A stretch of 64,000 bases of DNA from Chryseobacterium gleum (GCA_945872795.1 CAMCAZ010000006.1:13403-77402); one strand, 5' to 3'. Numbered from the stretch's first letter, positions 50,700 through 60,387 are shown. Notes: generated by a model from the letters alone, not told the origin. A program made the numbers and translations.

Positions 50700-51335
50700 C
50701 TACTGCACCCGTTCCGGGTTGTTCCGGATGAAGGCCCCCCAATCACTGGTGCCCTTCGCTGTGGACCGGCTGCTGGGGCGCGGGATGGCCCCTGCGGCGA
50801 AATGGTGGCAAACGGCCACAGCCACAGCGTCCGTGGCATCGGTGCTGCTCGGCAGTTCCTTCAATCCCAGGATGCTCAGCAGCATGGCCGCCACCTGTTC
50901 CTTGGAGGCGTTCCCGCTTCCGGTGATGCTCTGTTTGATCCGTTTGGGCGCATATTCCACCACCGATAGTCCCTCCTGAAGCGCGGCGGCGATGGCCACG
51001 CCCTGCGCCCGGCCCAGCTTCAGCATGCTTTGGACGTTCTTCCCGAAGAACTGCGCCTCGATGGCGAGCTCGTTCGGTCCGTGACGCGCAATGATGCCGC
51101 TGGTCTGCTGAAAAATGGCCTTGAGCTTCTGCGTATGATCGTCCGTGGCCGGGAAGCGGATCGCACCGGCCTCCACCAGCACCACCTTGCCCGCTGCGAT
51201 GTGCAACACCCCGAAGCCCATCACCGTGGTCCCGGGGTCGATCCCCAGAATGATGCGCGCCGAAGCCCCGGACCTACTTTTGACCGCCGCCTCATCCAAG
51301 GGAGCGCCGCCTGCTGTGGGACGTACACTGCTCAT
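50700..51335 (-). CDS. ruvC: crossover junction endodeoxyribonuclease RuvC
   Basis: IILGIDPGTTVMGFG and ELAIEAQFF motifs. Start uncertain: ATG 51335 gives a 25-aa extension; TTG at 51299 is an alternative. Confidence 0.85.
   Translation of the reverse strand: MSSVRPTAGGAPLDEAAVKSRSGASARIILGIDPGTTVMGFGVLHIAAGKVVLVEAGAIRFPATDDHTQKLKAIFQQTSGIIARHGPNELAIEAQFFGKNVQSMLKLGRAQGVAIAAALQEGLSVVEYAPKRIKQSITGSGNASKEQVAAMLLSILGLKELPSSTDATDAVAVAVCHHFAAGAIPRPSSRSTAKGTSDWGAFIRNNPERVQ
51275..51282 (+). promoter_or_regulatory. -7 box TACTTTTG for the 51334 gene, lying inside the annotated ruvC 5' end
   Basis: Exact TAnnTTTG match, 51 nt before the ATG at 51334. Confidence 0.4.
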
Positions 51336-52293
51336 GCTCTTTCGTTGGGGGATCTTCCTCTTGGCCTGCGGCTTCCTGTACGACCAGTTGATCGACATCA
51401 AAGGTACTCAGGCCGTGGATGGGCTTCGCGCTCTTTGGCACCATGGGCAGGGTTTGCCGCTGCTGGTCTTGATGCTCATCGGTATGGTGCTCAACTGGAC
51501 GGTGGAAAGCGTGAAATGGCGGGTGCTGATGCGACCGGTGGAGCGCATCGATGCCTGGCGCGCATTTCTGGGCACCATCGCGGGCACGAGCCTGGCCCTG
51601 GTCACGCCCAATCGCACCGGAGAGTTCATCGGAAGGGTCCTGTTCCTGAGGCCCGAGGCCCGCGTGGCCGGCGCGTTCGCCACCGCCCTGGGCAGTATGT
51701 CACAGTTCGCGGTCACCCTGATCATGGGCAGTGCAGGGATGCTGTTCCTGTTGTTCGCGGAGGTGCACCTGCCCTGGACCACCTCCCCCGGGATCACCGG
51801 CGTGCTCTCGTCCCTGACCTTGTTGGTGGTGGTCGGAACGCTGGTGGTGTATTTTCATCCGCAACTGGTGGGCCAGCTCCTGCTGATGGTCCCACTGCTA
51901 AGGTCCCTGCATCGGCCGGCACAGGTGCTTTCCCAAGTGCCCACCGCAGCGCTACGATGGGTCCTCACGCTCAGCGCCCTGCGTTACCTGGTGTTCGCAG
52001 GCCAGTTCGTCGGCATGTTGTGGTGGCTTGAGGTGCAGGTGCCGCTGCCGGTGATGGTCGCTGCGGTGACGGTGATCTACCTCGTTTCCACGCTGATCCC
52101 CACCATGTTGCTCACGGAACTGGGTGTGCGAGGCTCGGTGGCGGTCGGTATCCTGGCCCCCTTGGGCGGCGATGCCGCCCTGGTCCTGCTGGCCACCTTC
52201 AGCGTGTGGGCCATCAACCTGGTCCTGCCCGCATTGGCCGGAAGCGTGATCCTCTTATTCAGTCCCATCAGGGTCCCCAAGGAAACACCATGA
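51334..52293 (+). CDS. lysylphosphatidylglycerol-synthase-TM-region / flippase-like (UPF0104) membrane protein
   Basis: Eight hydrophobic segments; TPNRTGEFIGRV motif. Confidence 0.78.
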   Translation: MLFRWGIFLLACGFLYDQLIDIKGTQAVDGLRALWHHGQGLPLLVLMLIGMVLNWTVESVKWRVLMRPVERIDAWRAFLGTIAGTSLALVTPNRTGEFIGRVLFLRPEARVAGAFATALGSMSQFAVTLIMGSAGMLFLLFAEVHLPWTTSPGITGVLSSLTLLVVVGTLVVYFHPQLVGQLLLMVPLLRSLHRPAQVLSQVPTAALRWVLTLSALRYLVFAGQFVGMLWWLEVQVPLPVMVAAVTVIYLVSTLIPTMLLTELGVRGSVAVGILAPLGGDAALVLLATFSVWAINLVLPALAGSVILLFSPIRVPKETP

Positions 52294-53447
52294 GCTTGCT
52301 CCTGATCCTGGTCTGTGGGGCCTTTGTGCTGGCCTTGCTGCATGGCCTGATGGTCACGGCTTGGCGATCGGCTGCCGAGGAGGCCTTCGCTGCAGACCCT
52401 GCCGATCCTGTGCAGATCGGCGGCGTCAAGGTCCGTGTCCTTGTGCCGGTCCGCAATGGGGAAGGCACGATCGTGGCCGTTCTGCAGGACCTCCATGCGC
52501 AACACATGCCTCGGGAGGCCATGGAGGTGGTGGTGATCAATGACCATAGTACCGATGGGACCATGGCCTGCCTGCAGTCCATGCGCTCCCAGTGGCCCGC
52601 CCTTCAGGTGCTGGACCTTCCGGCGGATCATGCAGGTAAGAAGGCGGCCATCGAACGGGGTGTGGGTGCCGAGGGTCCGGAGCTCATCCTTGTTACCGAT
52701 GCCGATGTGCGTTTCGGACCGGACCGGGTGGCGGCCGTGGTGCAGCAGTGGTCGCGCAGCGGGGCACACATGCTGTTGGCACCCGTGCACATGATCTCGG
52801 AGGGGGGAATACTGGCATTGCTTCAGTGCGAGGAACAGGCCGCCTTGCAGGGTGCCACGGCCGGCAGCGCGGTGCAGGGGTCGCCGCTTCTGGCCAACGG
52901 CGCGAACATGGCCTTCACCCGGACCGCGTTCCGCGAAGTGGGCGGTTTCACGGGCGACCGCTGGGCCAGTGGCGACGACATGACCCTGTTGGCCCGTATG
53001 CGCAGGGCAGGACGCACGATCGGCTACGTGGCCGATGCCCGGGCAGCGGTGTTCACCCGCCCAGAACCGACCATGAGGGACTATTTCGAACAGCGGATCC
53101 GTTGGGCCGGGAAGATGCGTGCGCATCCCGGTAGCGCGGCGAAAGTGCTCCCTGCTGTGGCCCTGCTCCTGCCATGGTCCCTGCTCGCCCTCACACTGCC
53201 TGCATTGCAGCTGCGGGTGGGTGAACAGCTCCTGCACATCTGGAGCATGCTGCTCTTTGCCTGGGCGGCATGGGCCGTTCCGGTGGTGCGCATGGTGCGC
53301 GGCCATCACCGGAACATGGGCACAGCGCCGAATCCGGTCTCGCACACCGTGCTGGCGCTGCTTTGGTTCGCCGCCGTTTCGCCCCTCATCGCCGTGGCGG
53401 CGCTCTGGTGGAGACCGGTGTGGAAAGGACGCCGCTTGAAGCGCTGA
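52290..53447 (+). CDS. family 2 glycosyltransferase, membrane-bound
   Basis: VLVPVRNGE, VVINDHSTDGT, TDADV and QRIRWAGK motifs. ATGA overlap with the upstream gene. Confidence 0.85.
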   Translation: MSLLLILVCGAFVLALLHGLMVTAWRSAAEEAFAADPADPVQIGGVKVRVLVPVRNGEGTIVAVLQDLHAQHMPREAMEVVVINDHSTDGTMACLQSMRSQWPALQVLDLPADHAGKKAAIERGVGAEGPELILVTDADVRFGPDRVAAVVQQWSRSGAHMLLAPVHMISEGGILALLQCEEQAALQGATAGSAVQGSPLLANGANMAFTRTAFREVGGFTGDRWASGDDMTLLARMRRAGRTIGYVADARAAVFTRPEPTMRDYFEQRIRWAGKMRAHPGSAAKVLPAVALLLPWSLLALTLPALQLRVGEQLLHIWSMLLFAWAAWAVPVVRMVRGHHRNMGTAPNPVSHTVLALLWFAAVSPLIAVAALWWRPVWKGRRLKR

Positions 53448-53831
53448 TCAGAACGGCAGGTCGTCGTCGTCGCCACCGATCGGCGGCATGTCGGCTGCGC
53501 TCGGAGGAGGGGCGGCCTGATAGCCTCCACCCACCGGTGCAGCTGCTCCGGAGCGTTCGATGCGGTCTCCTTTCAGGCTGAGGAAGTGTTTGGTGACACC
53601 ATCCTTGCCGGTCCATTCGCGGCCGTTCACGTAGCACGAAACGGTCACCTCTTCACCAGGCTTGTAACCGTCAAGTATGGCGCAACGGTCCTGGGTGAAT
53701 TCCACGGGGATGTGCTGGGGGTACTGGCCACCCGCTTCGGTGATGACCACTTCGCGCTTGCTGAATTTCTCGGAGACCTGCTGGGTCTTGCCCAGGACCT
53801 TGATGGTGCCGGTGATGCTTACAGATGCCAT
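53448..53831 (-). CDS. DUF3127-like OB-fold protein with SSB-type acidic C-terminal tip
   Basis: ITGTIKVLGKTQQVSEKFSKREVVI..QYPQHIPVEF resembles DUF3127. Gly/Pro-rich linker, then the terminal DDDDLPF. Confidence 0.7.
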   Translation of the reverse strand: MASVSITGTIKVLGKTQQVSEKFSKREVVITEAGGQYPQHIPVEFTQDRCAILDGYKPGEEVTVSCYVNGREWTGKDGVTKHFLSLKGDRIERSGAAAPVGGGYQAAPPPSAADMPPIGGDDDDLPF

Positions 53832-53878
53832 GTTCGTGTTGCTTTTCGTGTTCAGTTCAGGCCGGGAGCGGTGGAGGC

Positions 53879-54775
53879 CTAGCGTGCGTTGAAGGCGAGC
53901 AGGGTCTTCCAGGCCTCCTCCAGGTGTCCCGCGCGCAGCAGGTCCTGCGCACGGCGGTGCAGGCTTTCCTCCAGCTCGGTGTGACGGTCCTTGAGGGCGA
54001 TGAAGATATCGCTCAGCTCCGTGAGTTTGTATTCGTTCACCAGGGTCTCATCGGGGACCTGGAGCAGGGTGCCCAGTTGTCCGAGGTCGTTGCCGGTGAG
54101 GATGCGGCTGTTGCGGGCCTCCGGGGGAAGGGCATCCACGCCCACCCCGATCTGGGTGCTGGGTTGGGCCAGTTCAAAGAGGGCATCACCGTGGGCCCGG
54201 CAATAGAAATTTCCGCCCATCCGTCCCACCAGATCGATCTTGCGCTGGTCGATCTTGCCGCGCTCATCCAACAGGTCCTCGTCCACATGGATGCGCACCA
54301 CTTCGCATAGCACGAGGTTGCCCGCGCCACCGCCCATGCCGGTCTCGATGACCTGCTGCACGCGGCACTCGAACTGCACCGGGCTTTCCTTGACGCGGAA
54401 GGGACGCACCACATCGGAAGGGATGGGGGTGAAGCCGGCCTTCACGAATTCGTTCACACCTTCGGCATACTCGGTACTGGCCAGCGAGGTCTGCTGCACC
54501 ATGGCGTAGGTCACCACGTTGATCACCACCTCGGGCACCGCCTTCACGTTGTGGTAGCTGTGCTTGGTGGTGTTGTCCCGCCCGCGGCGTGCAGGGCTGA
54601 AGATCAACAGCGGTGGGTTCGCCCCGAAGACGTTGAAGAAGCTGAAGGGACTGAGGTTCGGTCGGCCCTCGGCATCGATGGTGCTGGCGAAGGCCACCGG
54701 TCGCGGGCCGATGGCGCCCACCAGGAATCCGTGCAGCTCGGGTATGCTCAGTTCCTTGGGGTCCAGATGCTTCAT
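53879..54775 (-). CDS. flavin reductase family protein
   Basis: Trimmed to MKHLDPKEL; RPVAFASTIDAEGRPNLSPFSFFN motif. Confidence 0.85.
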   Translation of the reverse strand: MKHLDPKELSIPELHGFLVGAIGPRPVAFASTIDAEGRPNLSPFSFFNVFGANPPLLIFSPARRGRDNTTKHSYHNVKAVPEVVINVVTYAMVQQTSLASTEYAEGVNEFVKAGFTPIPSDVVRPFRVKESPVQFECRVQQVIETGMGGGAGNLVLCEVVRIHVDEDLLDERGKIDQRKIDLVGRMGGNFYCRAHGDALFELAQPSTQIGVGVDALPPEARNSRILTGNDLGQLGTLLQVPDETLVNEYKLTELSDIFIALKDRHTELEESLHRRAQDLLRAGHLEEAWKTLLAFNAR

Positions 54776-54848
54776 CGCCAGGGTGCCGATCGTTGGGGGG
54801 CGAAGGTAACATGGTGGTGGAAGCACCCGGGAGCGGAGGACCAGCGGC

Positions 54849-54856
54849 TATCTTTG
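54849..54856 (+). promoter_or_regulatory. -7 box TATCTTTG upstream of tRNA-Leu
   Basis: Exact TAnnTTTG match, 11 nt before the tRNA 5' end. Confidence 0.55.
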
Positions 54857-54867
54857 CAGCCCTTTCC

Positions 54868-54949
54868 ACGGACGTGGCGGAATTGGTAGACGCGCCAGAC
54901 TTAGGATCTGGTACCGCAAGGTGTGGGGGTTCGAGTCCCCCCGTCCGTA
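54868..54949 (+). tRNA. tRNA-Leu (anticodon TAG), long variable arm, no encoded CCA
   Basis: Acceptor acggacg/cgtccgt, D-arm GCGGAATTGGTAGACGC, anticodon arm ccaga-CTTAGGA-tctgg, T-arm ggggg-TTCGAGT-ccccc. Confidence 0.9.
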
Positions 54950-54957
54950 CATCGGCT

Positions 54958-55043
54958 CGCTGTAGCCTTGGCGAAGGCGGCCATCGGTTCGCCGTAGCTT
55001 CAGCGAAGGCTAGCCTTGGTCTGTTGAAGCCTTGGCTACTGCG
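54958..55043 (+). repeat. structured, imperfectly repeated spacer directly 3' of tRNA-Leu
   Basis: The 17-nt unit gtagccttggcgaaggc recurs at 54994 (14/17 identical). The octamer agccttgg occurs three times. Closing stem cgctgtagcc/ggctactgcg pairs at 9 of 10 positions. Confidence 0.55.
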
Positions 55044-55120
55044 AACAGGTTGACAGCATCGAACACACATCAATACATCACCCTCCGTCGATCACGATCG
55101 AGCGACACGCCCCATCAACC

Positions 55121-56476
55121 ATGAACATCGAACGCGAAGAGACCGGCACCCTCACCGCCACCCTGAAAGTGAAACTGCTCCCCGAGGATTACAGCCCGGG
55201 AGTGGAGAAGGCCCTGAAGGAACAGCGCAAGAACGCCGTATTGCCCGGCTTCCGCCCCGGCCAGGTGCCCATGACCATCATCAAGAAGCGGGTCGGCCGC
55301 ACCCTCCTCGTCACCGAGGTGGAGCGCCTGATCGACGAGAACCTCAAGCAGTTCATCCAGCAGAACGGCATCCGTGTACTGGGGCAGCCCCTGCCCAAGC
55401 GCGGTGACATCGACACCAACAACTGGGACCAACCCGGTGAGTTCAATTTCGCCTACGAGCTGGGCATGGCCCCCTCGTTCGAGATCGACCTCAACGACAA
55501 GGTGGGCGTCGATTACCCGCTGGTGGATGTGACCGACGAGCTGGTGCAGCGCGAGATCGACGACATGCAGCGGCGCTTCGGCAAGCTGGAGGATGCCACG
55601 GTCAGCGAAGCGAAGGACATGCTGCTGGGCGACATGATCGAGCTGGATGTGGACGGCACCATCAAGGCCGGTGGTGTGATGAACCGCGCCACCATCAGCC
55701 TCGAGTACCTCGCCGATGACGCCACCCGCAACACGCTCGTGGGCAAAAGCGCCGGTGATGAGGTGACCGTCGACCCGCACAAGGTGAGCCGTGACCACGA
55801 TGACCTGGCCCGCATGCTCGGGGTGGACCACGAGCGAGTCCATCACATCGGGAACAGTTTCCTGTTCCGTACCGCGGAGATCAAGCGCATGGTGCAGGTC
55901 CCCTTGGACCAGGACCTCTTTGATCGCGTCTATGGCAAGGACGCCGTGAGCGACGAGGCCGGCTTCCGCGCCAAGGTGAAGGAAGGGCTGGAGAACATGT
56001 TCCGGCGGGACAGTGACCGCGTCTACAAGCGCCTGGTGATGCGCGAACTGATGAAGCACACGGGCGTGGAACTTCCGGACAGCTTCCTCAAGCGTTGGAT
56101 CAAGGAGACGAGCCAGAAGCCGATCACCCCGGAAGAGGTGGAAGAGGGCTACGCGGGCTATTCCGATGGCCTGCGCCGCCAGCTGTTGGAGGACCGTGTG
56201 GTGGAGAAGTACGGCCTGGAGGCCAAGGGGGAGGAGCTCGATGGCTTCGCCCGTCGTTACGTGAGCGATCAGTTCATGCAGTATGGCATGCCCGCTCCGG
56301 AAGGGGAGCAGCTCCAGCAGATGGCCGCCCGCATCCTGGGCGACCGCGAGCAGATCGGCCGTATCCGCAACTCCATCGTGGAACAGAAGCTCATGACCCA
56401 CTTCAAGGCATTGCTCAGCCCCAAGGAAAAGAAGGTGAGCTACGATGAATTCGTAAACTTGGCCCGCACGGCCTGA
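55121..56476 (+). CDS. tig: trigger factor
   Basis: 451 aa; GFRPGQVP motif; N-terminal ribosome-binding domain pattern. Confidence 0.92.
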   Translation: MNIEREETGTLTATLKVKLLPEDYSPGVEKALKEQRKNAVLPGFRPGQVPMTIIKKRVGRTLLVTEVERLIDENLKQFIQQNGIRVLGQPLPKRGDIDTNNWDQPGEFNFAYELGMAPSFEIDLNDKVGVDYPLVDVTDELVQREIDDMQRRFGKLEDATVSEAKDMLLGDMIELDVDGTIKAGGVMNRATISLEYLADDATRNTLVGKSAGDEVTVDPHKVSRDHDDLARMLGVDHERVHHIGNSFLFRTAEIKRMVQVPLDQDLFDRVYGKDAVSDEAGFRAKVKEGLENMFRRDSDRVYKRLVMRELMKHTGVELPDSFLKRWIKETSQKPITPEEVEEGYAGYSDGLRRQLLEDRVVEKYGLEAKGEELDGFARRYVSDQFMQYGMPAPEGEQLQQMAARILGDREQIGRIRNSIVEQKLMTHFKALLSPKEKKVSYDEFVNLARTA

Positions 56477-56527
56477 ACCAAGAGCGTCCATCGACGTTCC
56501 GCAGAACAACGTACCCCTTCAAAACAC

Positions 56528-57205
56528 ATGTTCCCCAACGACGAATTCCAGAAATATGCCGTGAAGCATCGCGGCATCAGCAGCAACACGCTGCACAGCT
56601 ACACCAGCAGCGTCATCACCTCCTCGATGACCCCCTACATCATCGAGGAGCGCCAGCTGAACGTGGCCCAGATGGACGTGTTCAGCCGCTTGATGATGGA
56701 CCGCATCATCTTCCTGGGCACGGGCATCAACGACCAGGTGGCGAACATCATCCAGGCGCAGCTGCTGTTCCTGGAGAGCGTGGATGCCAAGAAGGACATC
56801 CAGATCTACCTCAACAGTCCGGGTGGCGGAGTGCATGCCGGACTGGGCATCTACGACACCATGCAGTACATCAACTGCGACGTGGCCACCATCTGCACCG
56901 GCATGGCCGCGAGCATGGGTGCGGTGCTGCTCTGCGCAGGTGCCAAGGGAAAGCGCAGCGCTCTGAAGCACAGCCGGGTGATGATCCACCAGCCCCTGGG
57001 CGGTGCGGAAGGCCAGGCCATCGACATGGAGATCACCGTGCGCGAGATCGTGAAGCTGAAGAAGGAGCTGTACGAGATCATCAGCAGCCACAGCGGACAG
57101 CCCTTCGAGAAGGTGGAAAAGGACAGCGACCGGGATTACTGGATGATCGCCGAAGAGGCCAAGGCCTACGGCATGATCGACGAACTGCTGCTGAAGCACA
57201 AATAG
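56528..57205 (+). CDS. clpP: ATP-dependent Clp protease proteolytic subunit
   Basis: GMAASMG (Ser), MIHQP (His) and LNSPGG motifs; Bacteroidota-type N-terminal extension. Confidence 0.95.
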   Translation: MFPNDEFQKYAVKHRGISSNTLHSYTSSVITSSMTPYIIEERQLNVAQMDVFSRLMMDRIIFLGTGINDQVANIIQAQLLFLESVDAKKDIQIYLNSPGGGVHAGLGIYDTMQYINCDVATICTGMAASMGAVLLCAGAKGKRSALKHSRVMIHQPLGGAEGQAIDMEITVREIVKLKKELYEIISSHSGQPFEKVEKDSDRDYWMIAEEAKAYGMIDELLLKHK

Positions 57206-57315
57206 GTGCGCGAAACTTCGCGCCAAGGCTTGTGCGGATCTGCGTTACAAGTTGCTCGGACCAGACACCACGACCACTGCGTCCCGCCCCTTCTGTAGCG
57301 GGGACCAACATTGAC

Positions 57316-57347
57316 CGAAGGCCGGTGGAGCGATCCCCCGGCCTTCG
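57316..57347 (+). terminator. strong hairpin between clpP and clpX (partial terminator or attenuator candidate)
   Basis: cgaaggccgg / ccggccttcg 10-bp stem, followed by CCTTATCTTG. Confidence 0.45.
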
Positions 57348-57403
57348 CCTTATCTTGCAACACTTTCGCACACTCCCACGTATCGGGGGGTCAGCGCCTT
57401 CAA

Positions 57404-58642
57404 ATGGAAAAGAAAGAGATCAAGTGCTCGTTCTGCGGACGTGACAAGCAGGATACCAACGTGCTTATCGCCGGCATCACCGGTCACATCTGCGACAGCT
57501 GCATCGCCCAGGCGCAGAACATCATCAGCGAAGAGCTGAGCCAGCGTTCACGCAGCGAGATGGAGGGCAATCTCATCCTGCAGCGCCCCTCGGACATCAA
57601 GCGTTTCCTGGACGAATACGTCATCGGCCAGGACGATGCGAAGAAGGTGCTGAGCGTGGCCGTGTACAACCACTACAAGCGTCTGCTCCAGCGTCCGGCC
57701 ACGGCCCTGGACGAGGTGGAGATCGAGAAGAGCAACATCATCCTGGTGGGCGAGACCGGCAGTGGCAAGACCCTGCTGGCCAAGACCATCGCACGCATGC
57801 TGAACGTGCCCTTCGCCATCGCTGATGCGACGGTGCTGACCGAAGCGGGTTACGTGGGCGAGGACGTGGAGAGCATCCTGAGCCGCCTGCTACAGGCTGC
57901 GGATTACGACGTGAGCAAGGCCGAGCGCGGTATCGTGTTCATTGATGAGATCGACAAGATCAGCCGCAAGAGCGACACGCCGAGCATCACCCGTGATGTG
58001 AGCGGTGAGGGCGTTCAGCAGGCCCTTTTGAAACTGCTGGAAGGCAGCGTGGTGAGCGTACCTCCGCAGGGTGGTCGCAAGCACCCGGAGCAGAAGCTGA
58101 TCCAGGTGGATACCAAGAACATCCTCTTCATCTGCGGTGGTGCCTTCGACGGCATCCAGAAGATCATCGCACGGCGCGTGAAGAGCAGTGCCGTGGGATA
58201 CAGCGCCAGCAAGGAGGGCCGCATCAACGACGAGCACCTGCTCCAGTATGTGGGCCCCACGGACCTGCGCAGCTACGGCCTCATCCCCGAACTCATCGGT
58301 CGTTTCCCCGTGCTCACCTACCTGGACCCCCTGGACCGGGAGAGCCTGCGACGGATCCTGACCGAGCCGAAGAACGCCTTGGTGAAGCAGTATGTGAAGC
58401 TTTTCGACATGGACAAGGTGAAGTTGACCTTCGACAAGAAGGTGCTCGACTTCATCGTGGAGAAGGCCCTCGACTACAAGTTGGGAGCCCGCGGTCTGCG
58501 AAGCATCTGCGAGGCCATCATGACCGACGCGATGTACGAGATCCCCGGGGCGCCCGATCGCCCGACGGAACTGCGCATCACGCTGAGCTATGCCCGCGAG
58601 AAGTTCGACCGTTCGCGCCTGAGCAACCTGAAGGTGGCCTGA
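57404..58642 (+). CDS. clpX: ATP-dependent Clp protease ATP-binding subunit ClpX
   Basis: Trimmed to [12 protein letters not shown]. Zinc finger CSFCG..CDSC, Walker A GETGSGKT, and IVFIDEIDK. Confidence 0.95.
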   Translation: MEKKEIKCSFCGRDKQDTNVLIAGITGHICDSCIAQAQNIISEELSQRSRSEMEGNLILQRPSDIKRFLDEYVIGQDDAKKVLSVAVYNHYKRLLQRPATALDEVEIEKSNIILVGETGSGKTLLAKTIARMLNVPFAIADATVLTEAGYVGEDVESILSRLLQAADYDVSKAERGIVFIDEIDKISRKSDTPSITRDVSGEGVQQALLKLLEGSVVSVPPQGGRKHPEQKLIQVDTKNILFICGGAFDGIQKIIARRVKSSAVGYSASKEGRINDEHLLQYVGPTDLRSYGLIPELIGRFPVLTYLDPLDRESLRRILTEPKNALVKQYVKLFDMDKVKLTFDKKVLDFIVEKALDYKLGARGLRSICEAIMTDAMYEIPGAPDRPTELRITLSYAREKFDRSRLSNLKVA

Positions 58643-58737
58643 TAGCTTCCCGGAAAACCATCCACATCGTTACCTTCGTCCATCCGCGAACAAGGGACAA
58701 TGCACCTTGTTCCTGAACGGACGAAAACAATCCAACG

Positions 58738-59580
58738 ATGATGATGAGAAAGACCGCAATGACCCTGGCCCTGTTCACCACGGTGGCCGCATCTGCTCAA
58801 GAACTACCCCAGCCCAGCCCCAAGGGCGAAGTGGAACAGATCGTGGGCCTCACCACGATCGAAGTGGAGTATTCCCGTCCAAGTGCCAAGGGCCGCAAGA
58901 TCTTCGGTGACCTGGTGCCCTTCGGCGAGATGTGGCGCACGGGTGCCAACATGAGCACCACGGTGGAAGTGGAAGGTGATGTGATGGTGGAAGGACAGCT
59001 GTTGCCCAAGGGCAAGTACTCCCTGTTCACCACGCCCAATCCTGAGATGTGGGTGATCACCTTCAACAAGAACCCCGAGCTCGGCGGCGTAGATGAGCGA
59101 AAGGCGGAGGAGGACGTGCTGATGGTGAAAGTGCCTGTGGGCAAGTGCGACATGACCGAGACCTTCACTATCGGCTTCGCTGATGTGAAGGACGACAAGG
59201 CCGTGCTGGAGCTGCGTTGGGAAAATACCGTGGTGGGCATCAGCCTGCACGCGGATGCCACCAAGCAGGCGCTGATGAACATCACGGAGGCGGTGAACAA
59301 GCCCGATGCGGATTACCGGGTCTTCAACTCCAGTGCCCGATTCATGGTTGACCGCAACATCGAGCCACAGATAGCGCTCAGGTACGCCATGAAGAGTGTG
59401 GAGAAGGAGCGCAAGTTCTGGAACCTGCACACCCTTGCGCTCGCCCAGGCCCAGAACGGTCAGTTCAAGGAGGCCATCGCCACTGCCGAAGAGAGCATCC
59501 GCCTGGCCCAGGCGGCCAAGTATGAGGCCTACGTAAAGATGAACAAGGAGAAGATCGACGAGTGGATGCAGAAGAAGTGA
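58738..59580 (+). CDS. DUF2911 domain protein, secreted
   Basis: Signal peptide; YSRPSAKGRKIFG.LVPFGEMWRTGAN motif; helical C-terminal region. Confidence 0.78.
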   Translation: MMMRKTAMTLALFTTVAASAQELPQPSPKGEVEQIVGLTTIEVEYSRPSAKGRKIFGDLVPFGEMWRTGANMSTTVEVEGDVMVEGQLLPKGKYSLFTTPNPEMWVITFNKNPELGGVDERKAEEDVLMVKVPVGKCDMTETFTIGFADVKDDKAVLELRWENTVVGISLHADATKQALMNITEAVNKPDADYRVFNSSARFMVDRNIEPQIALRYAMKSVEKERKFWNLHTLALAQAQNGQFKEAIATAEESIRLAQAAKYEAYVKMNKEKIDEWMQKK

Positions 59581-59602
59581 TCCACTTCCAGTAATTGCCC
59601 CG

Positions 59603-59635
59603 GGAAGCCCTTCATGTTGGAGGGCTTCCTGCTTA
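59603..59635. terminator. bidirectional terminator between convergent genes
   Basis: ggaagccct / agggcttcc 9-bp stem followed by TGCTTATA. Confidence 0.7.
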
Positions 59636-59643
59636 TACAACGG

Positions 59644-60384
59644 TCAATGAACGTCGGTCCCGTCGAAATAGATCTCGGTGATCACCGTGTCGTCGTATCG
59701 CTCTCCGGCGTAGACCCCAAGGATGGTGAAGGTGAGCACCATCGCTTTCCCATCAGCGCGTTGACCCAGGAGTCCCGGCAGGCTGAAGGACTGATCGGCC
59801 GTGGTATCCGCCAGCTCCAGGTCCAGCAAGGCTTGGCCGTTCTCGCTCATCCGCAGGCGTTTCACGCGGTTGTTGGCCTTCCACATGGCCTCATCGCTGA
59901 CGCGTCCATTGGATAGGACAATGGTATGGATCCGCGGGCTATGCGGTGCGAACAGGTAGGTGAGTGACTCACCGATCCCCGGACCCGGAACACCTTCGCT
60001 CCAGGCCGTGCAGTAGTCCAGGTCATGCGCTTGGAAAGCTGCATAGCGCTGTGCTCCTTGCAGATCCAAGGTCGAACTGGCCCACACCGCATCCGGGCCG
60101 CCACCACAATACCAACTGCATTCCATGCCGATCACCTGGCATGGGCTGTCGCGCGTTTCACCCACAGTGTGGTACAAGGAGTCGAAGCGGGCCTTGTCGG
60201 CTTCCTCCAGCTCGATCTCCGTGCTCATCACCTTGTTGTACCATGCATACAATGCGAAATGGGCTGGCGTGAGATCGGGTGTCGCGCCGATGGAGGGCTG
60301 CAGCACCGGCACGGGCTCCTGTGCCTGGAATATGCCAGCCTGTTGGATGAACAGCACCAGGGCAAGTGTGCGCAGTGCCTTCAT
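59644..60384 (-). CDS. secreted protein with NADase-type (F5/8 type C-like) glycan-binding domain
   Basis: Signal peptide. AHDLDYCTAWSEGVPGPGIGESL ... SNGRV ... NNRVKRL ... VITEIYF pattern. The family assignment is from memory. Confidence 0.55.
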   Translation of the reverse strand: MKALRTLALVLFIQQAGIFQAQEPVPVLQPSIGATPDLTPAHFALYAWYNKVMSTEIELEEADKARFDSLYHTVGETRDSPCQVIGMECSWYCGGGPDAVWASSTLDLQGAQRYAAFQAHDLDYCTAWSEGVPGPGIGESLTYLFAPHSPRIHTIVLSNGRVSDEAMWKANNRVKRLRMSENGQALLDLELADTTADQSFSLPGLLGQRADGKAMVLTFTILGVYAGERYDDTVITEIYFDGTDVH

Positions 60385-60387
60385 GGT

